Below are positions 1 to 7,475 of a DNA stretch of 64,000 nt, one piece after another. The translations under genes were made by a program, and so were the position numbers. The DNA is from an uncultured Chloroflexia bacterium (GTDB lineage: Bacteria > Chloroflexota > Limnocylindria > Limnocylindrales > CSP1-4): the NCBI GenBank assembly GCA_963712745.1, contig CAVQJC010000012.1, positions 13,319 through 77,318 on the forward strand, written 5' to 3'. The notes beneath the pieces are model-generated. The model worked only from the letters and a program-made list of their open reading frames with translations, was not told the origin of the DNA and searched no databases. Position 1 is the first letter of the stretch. Each line of letters opens with the position of its first letter.

Positions 1-245
1 ACTTCAGGTCGAGGTCGAGGTTTCGTCGCCCGGCCCCCCGGGGCGGGGCGGCGGGAGGGGGGGGATCTCGACTCAAGGTCGGGTCGGCCCTAGAGCGGGC
101 GCGTGGGAGCGCCGTCTTTCTCACGGGTTTCCACCTTCTCTGCACAGGCCCCGTCAGCCGCAGAGCCCTGTTCCATGCGGGTCACCCCTCCCTAAGGGGG
201 CCATAGGACTATGCGATTCCGGTCACGCGCCGCGGGGCCGGCGGC

Positions 246-289
246 CTGTCCATTCCCTGTCCATTCTCCGTCCACGCGCTGTCCACCGA
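246..289. promoter_or_regulatory. four 11-bp direct repeats (C[T/C]GTCCA core), putative regulator binding site
   Basis: ctgtccattcc/ctgtccattct/ccgtccacgcg/ctgtccaccga in exact 11-nt phase, upstream of the sigma-like gene. Confidence 0.4.
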
Positions 290-659
290 CGGCGCGATGT
301 CAGCGCACGGGACACGTCGTCGGCGGGCACCGGCACCTCGAGGGGTTGACACATGGGTGGCACGTCGCAGCTCGATGCCGCCCCTGTCGACCGCAGGAGC
401 GCGAGGCCAACCGGCGGCGGCCAATGGAGGCTCTGGTTCCTGCACCCCGCGCTGTGCGGAGGGTCGAACCGGCGCGAAGGATGACGAGACGCGGTCCCAT
501 GCCGTCGCCCGCGGCATGCGGTGCACCTCCGATCGGGAAGGCCTTCGCCCCCGCGCAATCGCACAGGAGTCGTTCACGGGCCGAGCGGGCCCCGTTGATC
601 GCGATCTCCGTCACCCAGTGGCCCTCGCCCGTTGGCACAATGGCGTTGAGGTGCTTCGC

Positions 660-1322
660 ATGGTGGGAGACCGCGGTTGTGTGGTTGGAGGCCGGTCTCC
701 AAACCAGGCTCGCCTGGATGAAGGGGAGTGGGCAGCGCTCGATCGGTGGGCGGACTTCGTCGCGAGGCGGTTGGCCACGCACTCCGGGTTCGATGAGCAC
801 GTGGCGAGGGACGTCAAGCAGGCTGCGCTCCTGAATCTGCTGCGAGGCCGCGAGGACCAGGGGCTCAGGATCCGGAGCACCAAGGCCTGGGTCCGGTGCG
901 TGATGAAACGCGGCTTCCACGACATCCACCGCGGCCGGCCCGGCGCCTGCGGGCCCGCGCGGTGCCCACAAGTCACCGACCTGGACGATCTGCCATCGCC
1001 GGGCGCAGACGGGCCAGAGGCCCGGGCGACGCGGCGCGACCTCATGGAGGAGGCCCAACGCCTGCTCGGCAGCCTCCCACCTCCTCACCGCGAGATCGCC
1101 TGTCTGCGGTTTCGAGAGGATTGGTCGCGCCGCGAGGTCATCGCGTGGCTGCGTCTGTGGCGCCCCGTTGGCGAGGAGTGCGCCCGCAAGTTGTTGCGTC
1201 AGACGAACCGCATGCTCTGGGCCCTGGGTCATGGTGTAGACGTCCGAGGGCGTTGGCCGGGTCGGTTTTCGGCGAAGAGAAACCGGTTTCTGCGTACCCC
1301 TCCCCCGCCGTTGCGCGACTAG
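660..1322 (+). CDS. ECF-type sigma-70 family factor (divergent)
   Basis: Region 2-like DVKQAALL...AWVRCVMKR and region 4-like LGSLPPPHREIACLRFREDWSRREV. ATG 660 has GAGGT upstream; the ORF is open from 297, so the start is uncertain. Confidence 0.65.
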   Translation: MVGDRGCVVGGRSPNQARLDEGEWAALDRWADFVARRLATHSGFDEHVARDVKQAALLNLLRGREDQGLRIRSTKAWVRCVMKRGFHDIHRGRPGACGPARCPQVTDLDDLPSPGADGPEARATRRDLMEEAQRLLGSLPPPHREIACLRFREDWSRREVIAWLRLWRPVGEECARKLLRQTNRMLWALGHGVDVRGRWPGRFSAKRNRFLRTPPPPLRD

Positions 1323-1418
1323 GGCTGTAGGGGCGCCGCGCAACGAGGAACGCAATCCTCGGAAGCCGGCCCGCCGGGCGGCACTCCACCCCGGTGGGCT
1401 CCGGACCCGGAGGACAGG

Positions 1419-1745
1419 ATGGAGATCCGTTCCCAGTTCGAGACCCCGGGCCAGCCCGAGGAGGGCGGGAGCCGGCCCAAGCCTGCTGCCCGGACCGAGG
1501 CTGGTGCCACGCGTCCCGCCGTGCTGCGCATCGACGTTCGCAGCGCCGTGACGGGCGAGACCTGCACGGTCGACTTGCAGCTCGGCAGCGAGGACGAGAA
1601 GGACTGGGTGGCGCTCCAGAGCGCGGAGATCGACCCCACCATCCGCCAGGTCAGATGGCCGGTCCCACCCGTTCCGGCCCGGCGACTGCGGCTCCAGCTC
1701 GAGCCGCACGGCGACACGGAGATCCGCCCGTGGCTCGAGTCGTGA
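1419..1745 (+). CDS. small beta-sandwich (galactose-binding/discoidin-like) hypothetical protein
   Basis: GGAGG RBS; VDLQLGSEDEKDW...PARRLRLQL resembles the S-x-D-x-x-x-W...R-x-x-R-L pattern of jelly-roll domains. Confidence 0.55.
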   Translation: MEIRSQFETPGQPEEGGSRPKPAARTEAGATRPAVLRIDVRSAVTGETCTVDLQLGSEDEKDWVALQSAEIDPTIRQVRWPVPPVPARRLRLQLEPHGDTEIRPWLES

Positions 1746-1786
1746 TCCGTCTGGCGCGCACCGGCATCCGTCTGGCGCGCACCGGC
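1745..1786. repeat. perfect 21-bp tandem duplication
   Basis: atccgtctggcgcgcaccggc x2. Confidence 0.9.
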
Positions 1787-1896
1787 TCGCTGCACCCGGG
1801 GACAACATCCCTGGCGGCGACCCATCCTCGGCCTCGGCGCCACCGGGCGATCGACGGCGGACCCGGGTACGTCATCTCCGATCGGACCGGTGCCCG

Positions 1897-2331
1897 ATGA
1901 GAGTGGCCAGCCGAGCCCAGCACGGCGTCCTGATCGCCTCGGCATCCGCCACGGCGCTGCAGTCCTCGGCGCCGACCCCCGGCCTCATCCCGCTCCTGAA
2001 GAGCCTCCCCTACGCGGCCGACGTGAACCAGCCGTTCCGCACCGACTGGGTCGCCTGCGATCCCCAGCACGAGAACGCGACCATCCACGTCCACTGCCAG
2101 ACGCTCTCGCCGGCCACCCTCGCCTTCGGGATCGGTGTCAAGATCCACAGCTCCTTCGACACCGTCGAGGCCTATCAGGTCGGTAGCAACATTGGCGTGA
2201 CCGGCGTGGGCAGCTACAGCACCGCCATCACGGCCGACCTCGGCCCGTGGCTGCGCGTCGAACTCATCAACGGCGAGGTCGTGCCGCTCTACGCCGTCCT
2301 CAGCGTCTGGCTCCAACCCAAGAGCAACTGA
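1897..2331 (+). CDS. HVHCQT-family small protein, paralogue 1
   Basis: DW...NATIHVHCQT...SSFD...GPWLRV...LSVWLQPKSN; has an N-terminal extension, start uncertain. Confidence 0.8.
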   Translation: MRVASRAQHGVLIASASATALQSSAPTPGLIPLLKSLPYAADVNQPFRTDWVACDPQHENATIHVHCQTLSPATLAFGIGVKIHSSFDTVEAYQVGSNIGVTGVGSYSTAITADLGPWLRVELINGEVVPLYAVLSVWLQPKSN

Positions 2332-2349
2332 ATCAGGAGGAGAACTGCA

Positions 2350-2700
2350 ATGGGACCGCTCGTTCTTGCGAAGAACTTCACGATCGCCATGGGCGTCGGC
2401 CAGACTTTCGTCGGCGATTGGATCGGGATGGACAGCCAGTTCCAGAACGGCACCATCCACGTCCACTGCCAGACGGTCACCCCGACGGCCGGAGGGGGCA
2501 TCGACGTCCAGGTCGAGACCTCCTACGACACGGTGGAGGCCAACCAGATCGGGGCCACCGTCACCGTCAACTCGACCGGGAGCCAGAGCCAGGGAATCAC
2601 TCAGGACATCGCCGCGATGGTGCGCCTGAAGCTGGTGAACTCCCAGGGTGCGGACATCTGGGCGACCTTGAGCGTCTGGCTCCAGCCCAAGAGCACGTAG
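2350..2700 (+). CDS. HVHCQT-family small protein, paralogue 2
   Basis: AGGAGG RBS; MGPLVLAKNF...GDW...NGTIHVHCQT...LSVWLQPKST. Confidence 0.9.
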   Translation: MGPLVLAKNFTIAMGVGQTFVGDWIGMDSQFQNGTIHVHCQTVTPTAGGGIDVQVETSYDTVEANQIGATVTVNSTGSQSQGITQDIAAMVRLKLVNSQGADIWATLSVWLQPKST

Positions 2701-2728
2701 CGCCTTTGGCGGGGAAGGGCTGTGCGCG

Positions 2729-3091
2729 ATGGGGGCGATCCTCCTGGCCAAGAACTTCTCGTTCGTGGCGGCCTCGGGCCAGTTCGTCTACGGGGACTGG
2801 GTCGAGGTCGACAGCCGATGGCTGCAGGGGAACATCCACGTCCACTGCCAGACGCTGTCGCCGCCGGGCGCGGGCAACGTGCTCGCGGTCGGCGTCCAGA
2901 CCTCGGCCGACGGCGTCGAGAGCAACGAGACCGTGTCGCCGATCAACGTCAATCAGCCAGGCTCGTACGACCAGCCGATTCCGGGGCCGGGCGCGAGCAT
3001 CGAGCGATTGGTGCGTCTCAAGCTCCAGGACAACACCGGCTCGTTCGTGATGGGCATCCTGAGCGTCTGGCTGGATCTCGAGACCGCGTAG
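2729..3091 (+). CDS. HVHCQT-family small protein, paralogue 3
   Basis: MGAILLAKNF...GDW...GNIHVHCQT...QTSADG...VRLKL...LSVWL. Confidence 0.9.
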   Translation: MGAILLAKNFSFVAASGQFVYGDWVEVDSRWLQGNIHVHCQTLSPPGAGNVLAVGVQTSADGVESNETVSPINVNQPGSYDQPIPGPGASIERLVRLKLQDNTGSFVMGILSVWLDLETA

Positions 3092-3119
3092 TACTGCGGA
3101 AGGGAAGGACAGGCAGCCG

Positions 3120-3473
3120 ATGGGTCCGCTGGTCCTGGCGAAGAACTTCCTGATGGTGGCGCACCAGGGGCAGCGGTTCCTGGGCGACTGGACGCCCATG
3201 GACAGCGAGTTCCAGAACGCCGAGATCCACGTGCACTGCCAGACGATCTCGCCCACGGGCCTGGGCAGCGGATTCACCACGTCGGTGGAGAGCTCGTTCG
3301 ACAGGGTAGAGAACTACCAGCTCGGCGGGGCGCTCGCGGTCAATGCGCCGTTCAGTCAGACCGCGCCGGTGACGTCCGACATCGGACCCTGGGTCCGGCT
3401 GCGCATCGAGAACGTGGAGGCGGTTCCGGTGGTCGGGATCCTCAGTGTCTGGCTGCAGGCGAAGAGCACATGA
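3120..3473 (+). CDS. HVHCQT-family small protein, paralogue 4
   Basis: MGPLVLAKNF...GDW...NAEIHVHCQT...SSFD...GPWVRL...LSVWLQAKST. Confidence 0.9.
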   Translation: MGPLVLAKNFLMVAHQGQRFLGDWTPMDSEFQNAEIHVHCQTISPTGLGSGFTTSVESSFDRVENYQLGGALAVNAPFSQTAPVTSDIGPWVRLRIENVEAVPVVGILSVWLQAKST

Positions 3474-3501
3474 TGCGCTTGAATACAGGTAGGAACGATG
3501 C

Positions 3502-4884
3502 ATGGGGCCGCTCACAGGATGGAAGTGCGCGCCATCAGTGCCAGCCTTGCCTAGTTCTGCTCCGACGCCTGCAACGGGCACATTGTCTGCCGCCCAAGGT
3601 CGTGCATTGTTCTGCTGCGCAGAGCGTCGAGGAATGACGAGAAGGGAGCATGGAGTGAGCTGCAAATGCCGGAGTGGATGTCTACATCGCGCCGAGCCTG
3701 AGCGAAAACTAGAGGGTCCGTCGAACTACGCCGCACGGTCCTCCACGCCTGTCCTGGGGCAATTCGTGGACCAGTCCGCCTATGCGACGCTCTCTCAGCG
3801 CTCCACGGACACACCGGCAACTGTTCTACCTGCAGGTGCCTCTTGCGGTAGTCCGGCGGCGCCTGGAGTCCAGCCGCGGTTCCGGCCCCTCGTTGCGCCA
3901 ACTCTGGGATCCGTGTGGGCCCCAGAAGGAGGTGTTGGCCACCTCGTCTACGGCGCGGGCCTGCCGCCTGCGACCTTTCGTGCGTCCGATGATGGCGATG
4001 ACGGAGTCAATGGGGGAAGTGGGATAGGTGCGGGCAGTGAGAATGGTGGGGGCGAGCCGCCGGCTCCCGTGATACGCAAGAGCACCAGCGTTGCGCCGGC
4101 TCCGCCCATCTGCTGTCCGAAGCTTTATTACCCCCTCAATCTAGATGGCCCAACGGTAGGCAAGAAGGGGGCCGCGCGCCTGCCTCAGTATAAGAGGCCC
4201 CTACACAAGAAGTTCCCCCACTGTAGGGAAATCAGCTTCAGCTTCTCGTGGAAGGCCAAGTTCGATCCCGCGCCGTCGCCCTGTCGTTGCTCCTGCTGTG
4301 AATTCCGCCAGATACTCCTCAAGAACGACGTGACTTTGGAGCAACAGGGACTGGGAAGTGGCAGTGGCAGCGGCGGGGAGAGTTGGAATCGCACATACCC
4401 AGATCCCGGAGCTGGCAAGGAGGACTGTCGCTGGACCTATCAGATCCACGAACTCAGGCCACCACACATGCCGATCAAGGATGCCACATATGTGAGGTTT
4501 GGAGGGCCGGACAGAGAGCCGGGTCCCTACTCTCCCCCCCCGCCATCGACGTTGCTCAAGGGACCCGAGTGCTATGGACATCGAAGGAAGGGAGCTGACG
4601 GAACGGGGCCCGATCCCGATCCTGGCTACCCGGCGGGTGATGACTGCCTGTACAGTGGAAAGGACACTCCCACGGTCATCATTCCCCCGAAGTGCACCTT
4701 CACCTGGATCTGGAAAGCAAAGGCGTTCATTCTTGACACGTGCTCTGGTGGTGAACATGAGGTGCGCTTCCTTGACGTCAAGGTGACGGGCGAGACGGAC
4801 TCAACGGGCGGCGTGGACAATCTGCACCTCACGCAAACTGTGACACAGTACCACAGTAGGCCTGCATACCCTGGTGAACGATGA
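3502..4884 (+). CDS. hypothetical protein with low-complexity N-terminus and Cys-rich C-terminal domain (putative polymorphic effector)
   Basis: 460-aa ORF with visibly lower GC than the upstream genes; CC, CRCSCCEFRQ, CYGHR, CLYSGKDTP, ILDTC; true start may be downstream (MTRREHG). Confidence 0.65.
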   Translation: MGPLTGWKCAPSVPALPSSAPTPATGTLSAAQGRALFCCAERRGMTRREHGVSCKCRSGCLHRAEPERKLEGPSNYAARSSTPVLGQFVDQSAYATLSQRSTDTPATVLPAGASCGSPAAPGVQPRFRPLVAPTLGSVWAPEGGVGHLVYGAGLPPATFRASDDGDDGVNGGSGIGAGSENGGGEPPAPVIRKSTSVAPAPPICCPKLYYPLNLDGPTVGKKGAARLPQYKRPLHKKFPHCREISFSFSWKAKFDPAPSPCRCSCCEFRQILLKNDVTLEQQGLGSGSGSGGESWNRTYPDPGAGKEDCRWTYQIHELRPPHMPIKDATYVRFGGPDREPGPYSPPPPSTLLKGPECYGHRRKGADGTGPDPDPGYPAGDDCLYSGKDTPTVIIPPKCTFTWIWKAKAFILDTCSGGEHEVRFLDVKVTGETDSTGGVDNLHLTQTVTQYHSRPAYPGER

Positions 4885-5489
4885 CGCTTTCAAGCGAATT
4901 GCGGCTTCCTCCCATTCGAGAACTGGGCGGATCGCCATCTTGGTCGACCGGGGCCTGTCGACTCGCACTGACGCTGCTCGCGATGGCCTTCAGTGCTGGC
5001 GCCTGCGGAGCGGAGAAGCCGAGCGCGAAGACTGCAACAGGCAGGAGCGCGATGCTCTCCACTACGGAGTGCTACTCGTGGAGCCGAAGAGGACTGCATC
5101 GCAACCAAGGGCCTGACACCCAGGGTGTTGATATTGCTCTGCACGCGAGCGGACAGTACGAGGCAGCGATCCACAGTCTGATGCTCGAGTCACTTTATGA
5201 ATCCGGCAGGTGGACCTCCGAACGTGGGAGAGTTCTGTTTCATCCTGCCGCTGACAGTGCCTACGTCCCGGCGTACCGTAGTCTCTACGCAGTTGCATGG
5301 GAGCCTGGTGAGTCACTCGGATGGGTTGTTGATGAGACTGCGGTGAAGGATCCACGCGACGGGCAGTCGCCGACATGGGAGACTGTCCAAGTTCAGTTCG
5401 TCAGGGCTAGCGCGACTGACTGCCACAGCGTGCAGGATGCTCTTAGGCGCGCTGTGGGTGCGAGCGGAAGCAGCGGAGAAACCAAGTAG
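4881..5489 (+). CDS. putative lipoprotein (candidate immunity partner)
   Basis: ATGA overlap with the upstream stop; hydrophobic stretch ending in lipobox-like AGA-C. Confidence 0.6.
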   Translation: MTLSSELRLPPIRELGGSPSWSTGACRLALTLLAMAFSAGACGAEKPSAKTATGRSAMLSTTECYSWSRRGLHRNQGPDTQGVDIALHASGQYEAAIHSLMLESLYESGRWTSERGRVLFHPAADSAYVPAYRSLYAVAWEPGESLGWVVDETAVKDPRDGQSPTWETVQVQFVRASATDCHSVQDALRRAVGASGSSGETK

Positions 5490-5508
5490 CTCGACCTCGT
5501 AGGTCGAG
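5490..5508. terminator. short hairpin after the lipoprotein gene
   Basis: ctcgacct-cgt-aggtcgag, 8-bp stem, no U tract. Confidence 0.3.
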
Positions 5509-5533
5509 AGGATCGACGGGAGGATCAGGTGTT

Positions 5534-5638
5534 GGTGACAACCGACATCGGACCCTGGGTCCGGCTGTGCTCGAGAACACGGAGGCATTCCCGGTGGTCG
5601 GGATCCTCAGTGTCTGGCTGCAACTGAGGAGAACCTAG
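5534..5638 (+). repeat. degenerate copy of the 3' end of paralogue 4 (3368-3473)
   Basis: Shares ccgacatcggaccctgggtccggctg and ccggtggtcgggatcctcagtgtctggctgca exactly; one 1-nt deletion; stop codon at the equivalent position. Confidence 0.92.
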
Positions 5639-5653
5639 GGCAGAGGAGGAAGT

Positions 5654-6284
5654 ATGGCGACGGATCCCTTGGGAGACTGTGCCTGCCAGAATGTGCAGCA
5701 TCCGGCGAGTGTGGCCGTACCTCGGCCGTCAGTCCTTTCGCCTCATGAGCTTGTGTATGTGACTCCCGGAACTCTACCCGGAGCACCGACAAGCGCCGCT
5801 TGGCGGCCGGGCGGCCTGCCTCTGCCAGCCTCGCACCCGCTTCAGAAACTGCCTTCGGAGTTCTTGGAGTCGTTAGTCGATGAGGTTCAGCGTAGCGGCA
5901 ACCTCCTAGAGGTTGCCTTGAGGGTGCGCGAGCCTCAAGGCTCGCCGGCGAACGCAACGCTGGTTGCTCAGCAGACGCTCGCCAGCGCCGGCCGACCATC
6001 TGCGTGCGAGGCGCTTGGCGCTTCCGAATCCTCCAGACTGGAACGAGTGGACCATGGCAAGTGGAGGGCCAACGGGCGGCCCGAGTGGGATGCGTGTGGT
6101 TCTTGACGGCACCATGGATGTGGCAGACGGCGAGACAGGTACGATTGGGTTTTCAACGAACTCGCATATCGAGGGGGCGGCGCCCAACAGCTGGGTCATG
6201 CAGGAGGTGAGGTGGTGGGAGTATGGCCTAGATCCCACTTGCGGGAAGCTCACATGGGAGACCGCATCCGTCTCCGACGCCTAG
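5654..6284 (+). pseudogene. second cassette ORF, apparently frameshifted and/or truncated
   Basis: GAGGAGG RBS before ATG 5654 (MATDPLGDCAC). Protein-like text continues in another frame (5964-6284: ...SWVMQEVRWWEYGLDPTCG) and then ends. Confidence 0.45.
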
Positions 6285-6322
6285 CTGACCCCCGCCAACC
6301 TGCACCGGCAGCTGGAGCTAGA

Positions 6323-6637
6323 TCAGCGACCATCCCAGGTGTAGACAAGGGTGAGACCGCTTGCCGGTCGACCATCCCAGGTGTAGTCAAGGGTGAGACC
6401 GCTTGCCGGTCGACCATCCCAGGTGTGGACAACGGTGAGACCGCTTGCCGGTCGACCATCCCAGGTGTGGTCAAGGGTGTCATCGCTCGCCAGTCGGCCA
6501 GCCCAGCTGGGGTCAGGCGCGGCGATCGTGAACGTGGGCGAGATCTCGGCCAGACCTCCCCGCGCGGCCGTCATGCCCGGCAACATCGTTGCCAGAAGAC
6601 CGCCCGCAACGAGGGCCATGATGAATCGCCTCTTCAC
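6323..6637 (-). CDS. secreted repeat peptide (signal peptide + TWDGRPASGLT repeats)
   Basis: AGGAGG RBS, GTG start, Sec-type signal MKRRFIMALVAGGLLATMLPG, 14-aa in-frame repeats. Confidence 0.75.
   Translation of the reverse strand: MKRRFIMALVAGGLLATMLPGMTAARGGLAEISPTFTIAAPDPSWAGRLASDDTLDHTWDGRPASGLTVVHTWDGRPASGLTLDYTWDGRPASGLTLVYTWDGR
6327..6479. repeat. 42-bp tandem repeat, about 3.6 copies (coding)
   Basis: cgaccatcccaggtgt[a/g]g[a/t]caa[g/c]ggtgagaccgcttgccggt at 6327, 6369, 6411, partial at 6453. Confidence 0.95.
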
Positions 6638-6901
6638 GAAGCATCCTCCTAGTCCCCCTGGACGGTCACGCGGTGTTGTAGCGGGGATCGCTGCTCGGCG
6701 CGACCGCAGGCCTGAAATGTACAGCGTGGTGGTATGCGTTGTCTAGCCACGGCCAAGAGATTCTCGGGGTCGCCGTTCTATGTCTATGTGGCGAGGCTCC
6801 GGCCCCAGGCTTCCCCGACGCGCAGGAGATGCTTGCTTCTGTCCCGGAGATGCTCGCCGACCAGTAGCCGCCCGGGCGGCACCTCGGCTGCCGGCATCGA
6901 G

Positions 6902-6976
6902 GCCGATGTCCATGCTGGAGGCGGACTCTGACTCCCGCCCAGCAGCACAGGGGTTCCGAATCCCCCCTTCGGCACC
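6902..6976 (+). ncRNA. tRNA-like element / tRNA 3'-end remnant
   Basis: GGGG-TTCCGAAT-CCCC T-arm followed by CTTCGGC-ACC; GCCGATG at 6902 can pair with CTTCGGC; central hairpin with CTCTGAC loop; no D-arm. Confidence 0.4.
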
Positions 6977-7070
6977 GCCAGCACACGACACCTGGGACGC
7001 TCGGGCGCGGGTGCTCGGTGCATACTGCAGCCATCGACCCTGCGCCGGGGCCGTCGACAGAGGGTGAACC

Positions 7071-7454
7071 ATGACGCGCGTACTTGTCGTCCATCACGAT
7101 ATCGACCTCGCCGACCAGGAGGTCGAGTCGCTCCGCCGGCTTGGCTATGAACCTGTCGAGTGCGCGGGACCCTCCGGTTCCGCCTGCCCGGTCCTGCGCG
7201 GTGAGCATTGCCCTGACGTCTACAACGCTGACGTGCTCCTCTACGACGTCTGGTCCACGACCGAGTCGGGCGGCGGCCGGACGCTGATCGAGGGACTGCG
7301 TGAGATGCACCCCGAGATCCCCATCGTGCTCACGGCCCCTGGCATGGAGCTCGACTGGGTCGAGACCGAGGGCCTCCACAAGGTCGTACCGCTCGTTGGA
7401 CCACCAACGGCCGAGAAGCTGGATGCGGCCATCAAGGAGGCCCTCGCGCAATAG
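7071..7454 (+). CDS. atypical single-domain response regulator (receiver-like) with Cys-rich insert
   Basis: RVLVVHHD...LRRLGY...DVLLYD...HPEIPIVLT receiver pattern; CAGPSGSACPVLRGEHCP. Confidence 0.75.
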   Translation: MTRVLVVHHDIDLADQEVESLRRLGYEPVECAGPSGSACPVLRGEHCPDVYNADVLLYDVWSTTESGGGRTLIEGLREMHPEIPIVLTAPGMELDWVETEGLHKVVPLVGPPTAEKLDAAIKEALAQ

Positions 7455-7475
7455 CCCCGACCTCAGCGTCCAGGC

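Noticed and set aside
346-351. TTGACA as a sigma-70 promoter
   Set aside because: No acceptable -10 at 16-18 bp; same for the TTGACA at 31305.
1897-3473. Paralogue array as a prophage structural operon
   Set aside because: No terminase, portal, capsid, tail or integrase genes visible in the window; a phage origin of the fold is still possible.
3368-5638. Duplicated segment as a DGR template/variable repeat pair
   Set aside because: Differences are not adenine-specific, include an indel, and there is no reverse transcriptase in the window.
6327-6479. 42-bp repeats as a CRISPR array
   Set aside because: Head-to-tail units with no unique spacers, in frame within a signal-peptide ORF; no cas genes in the window.
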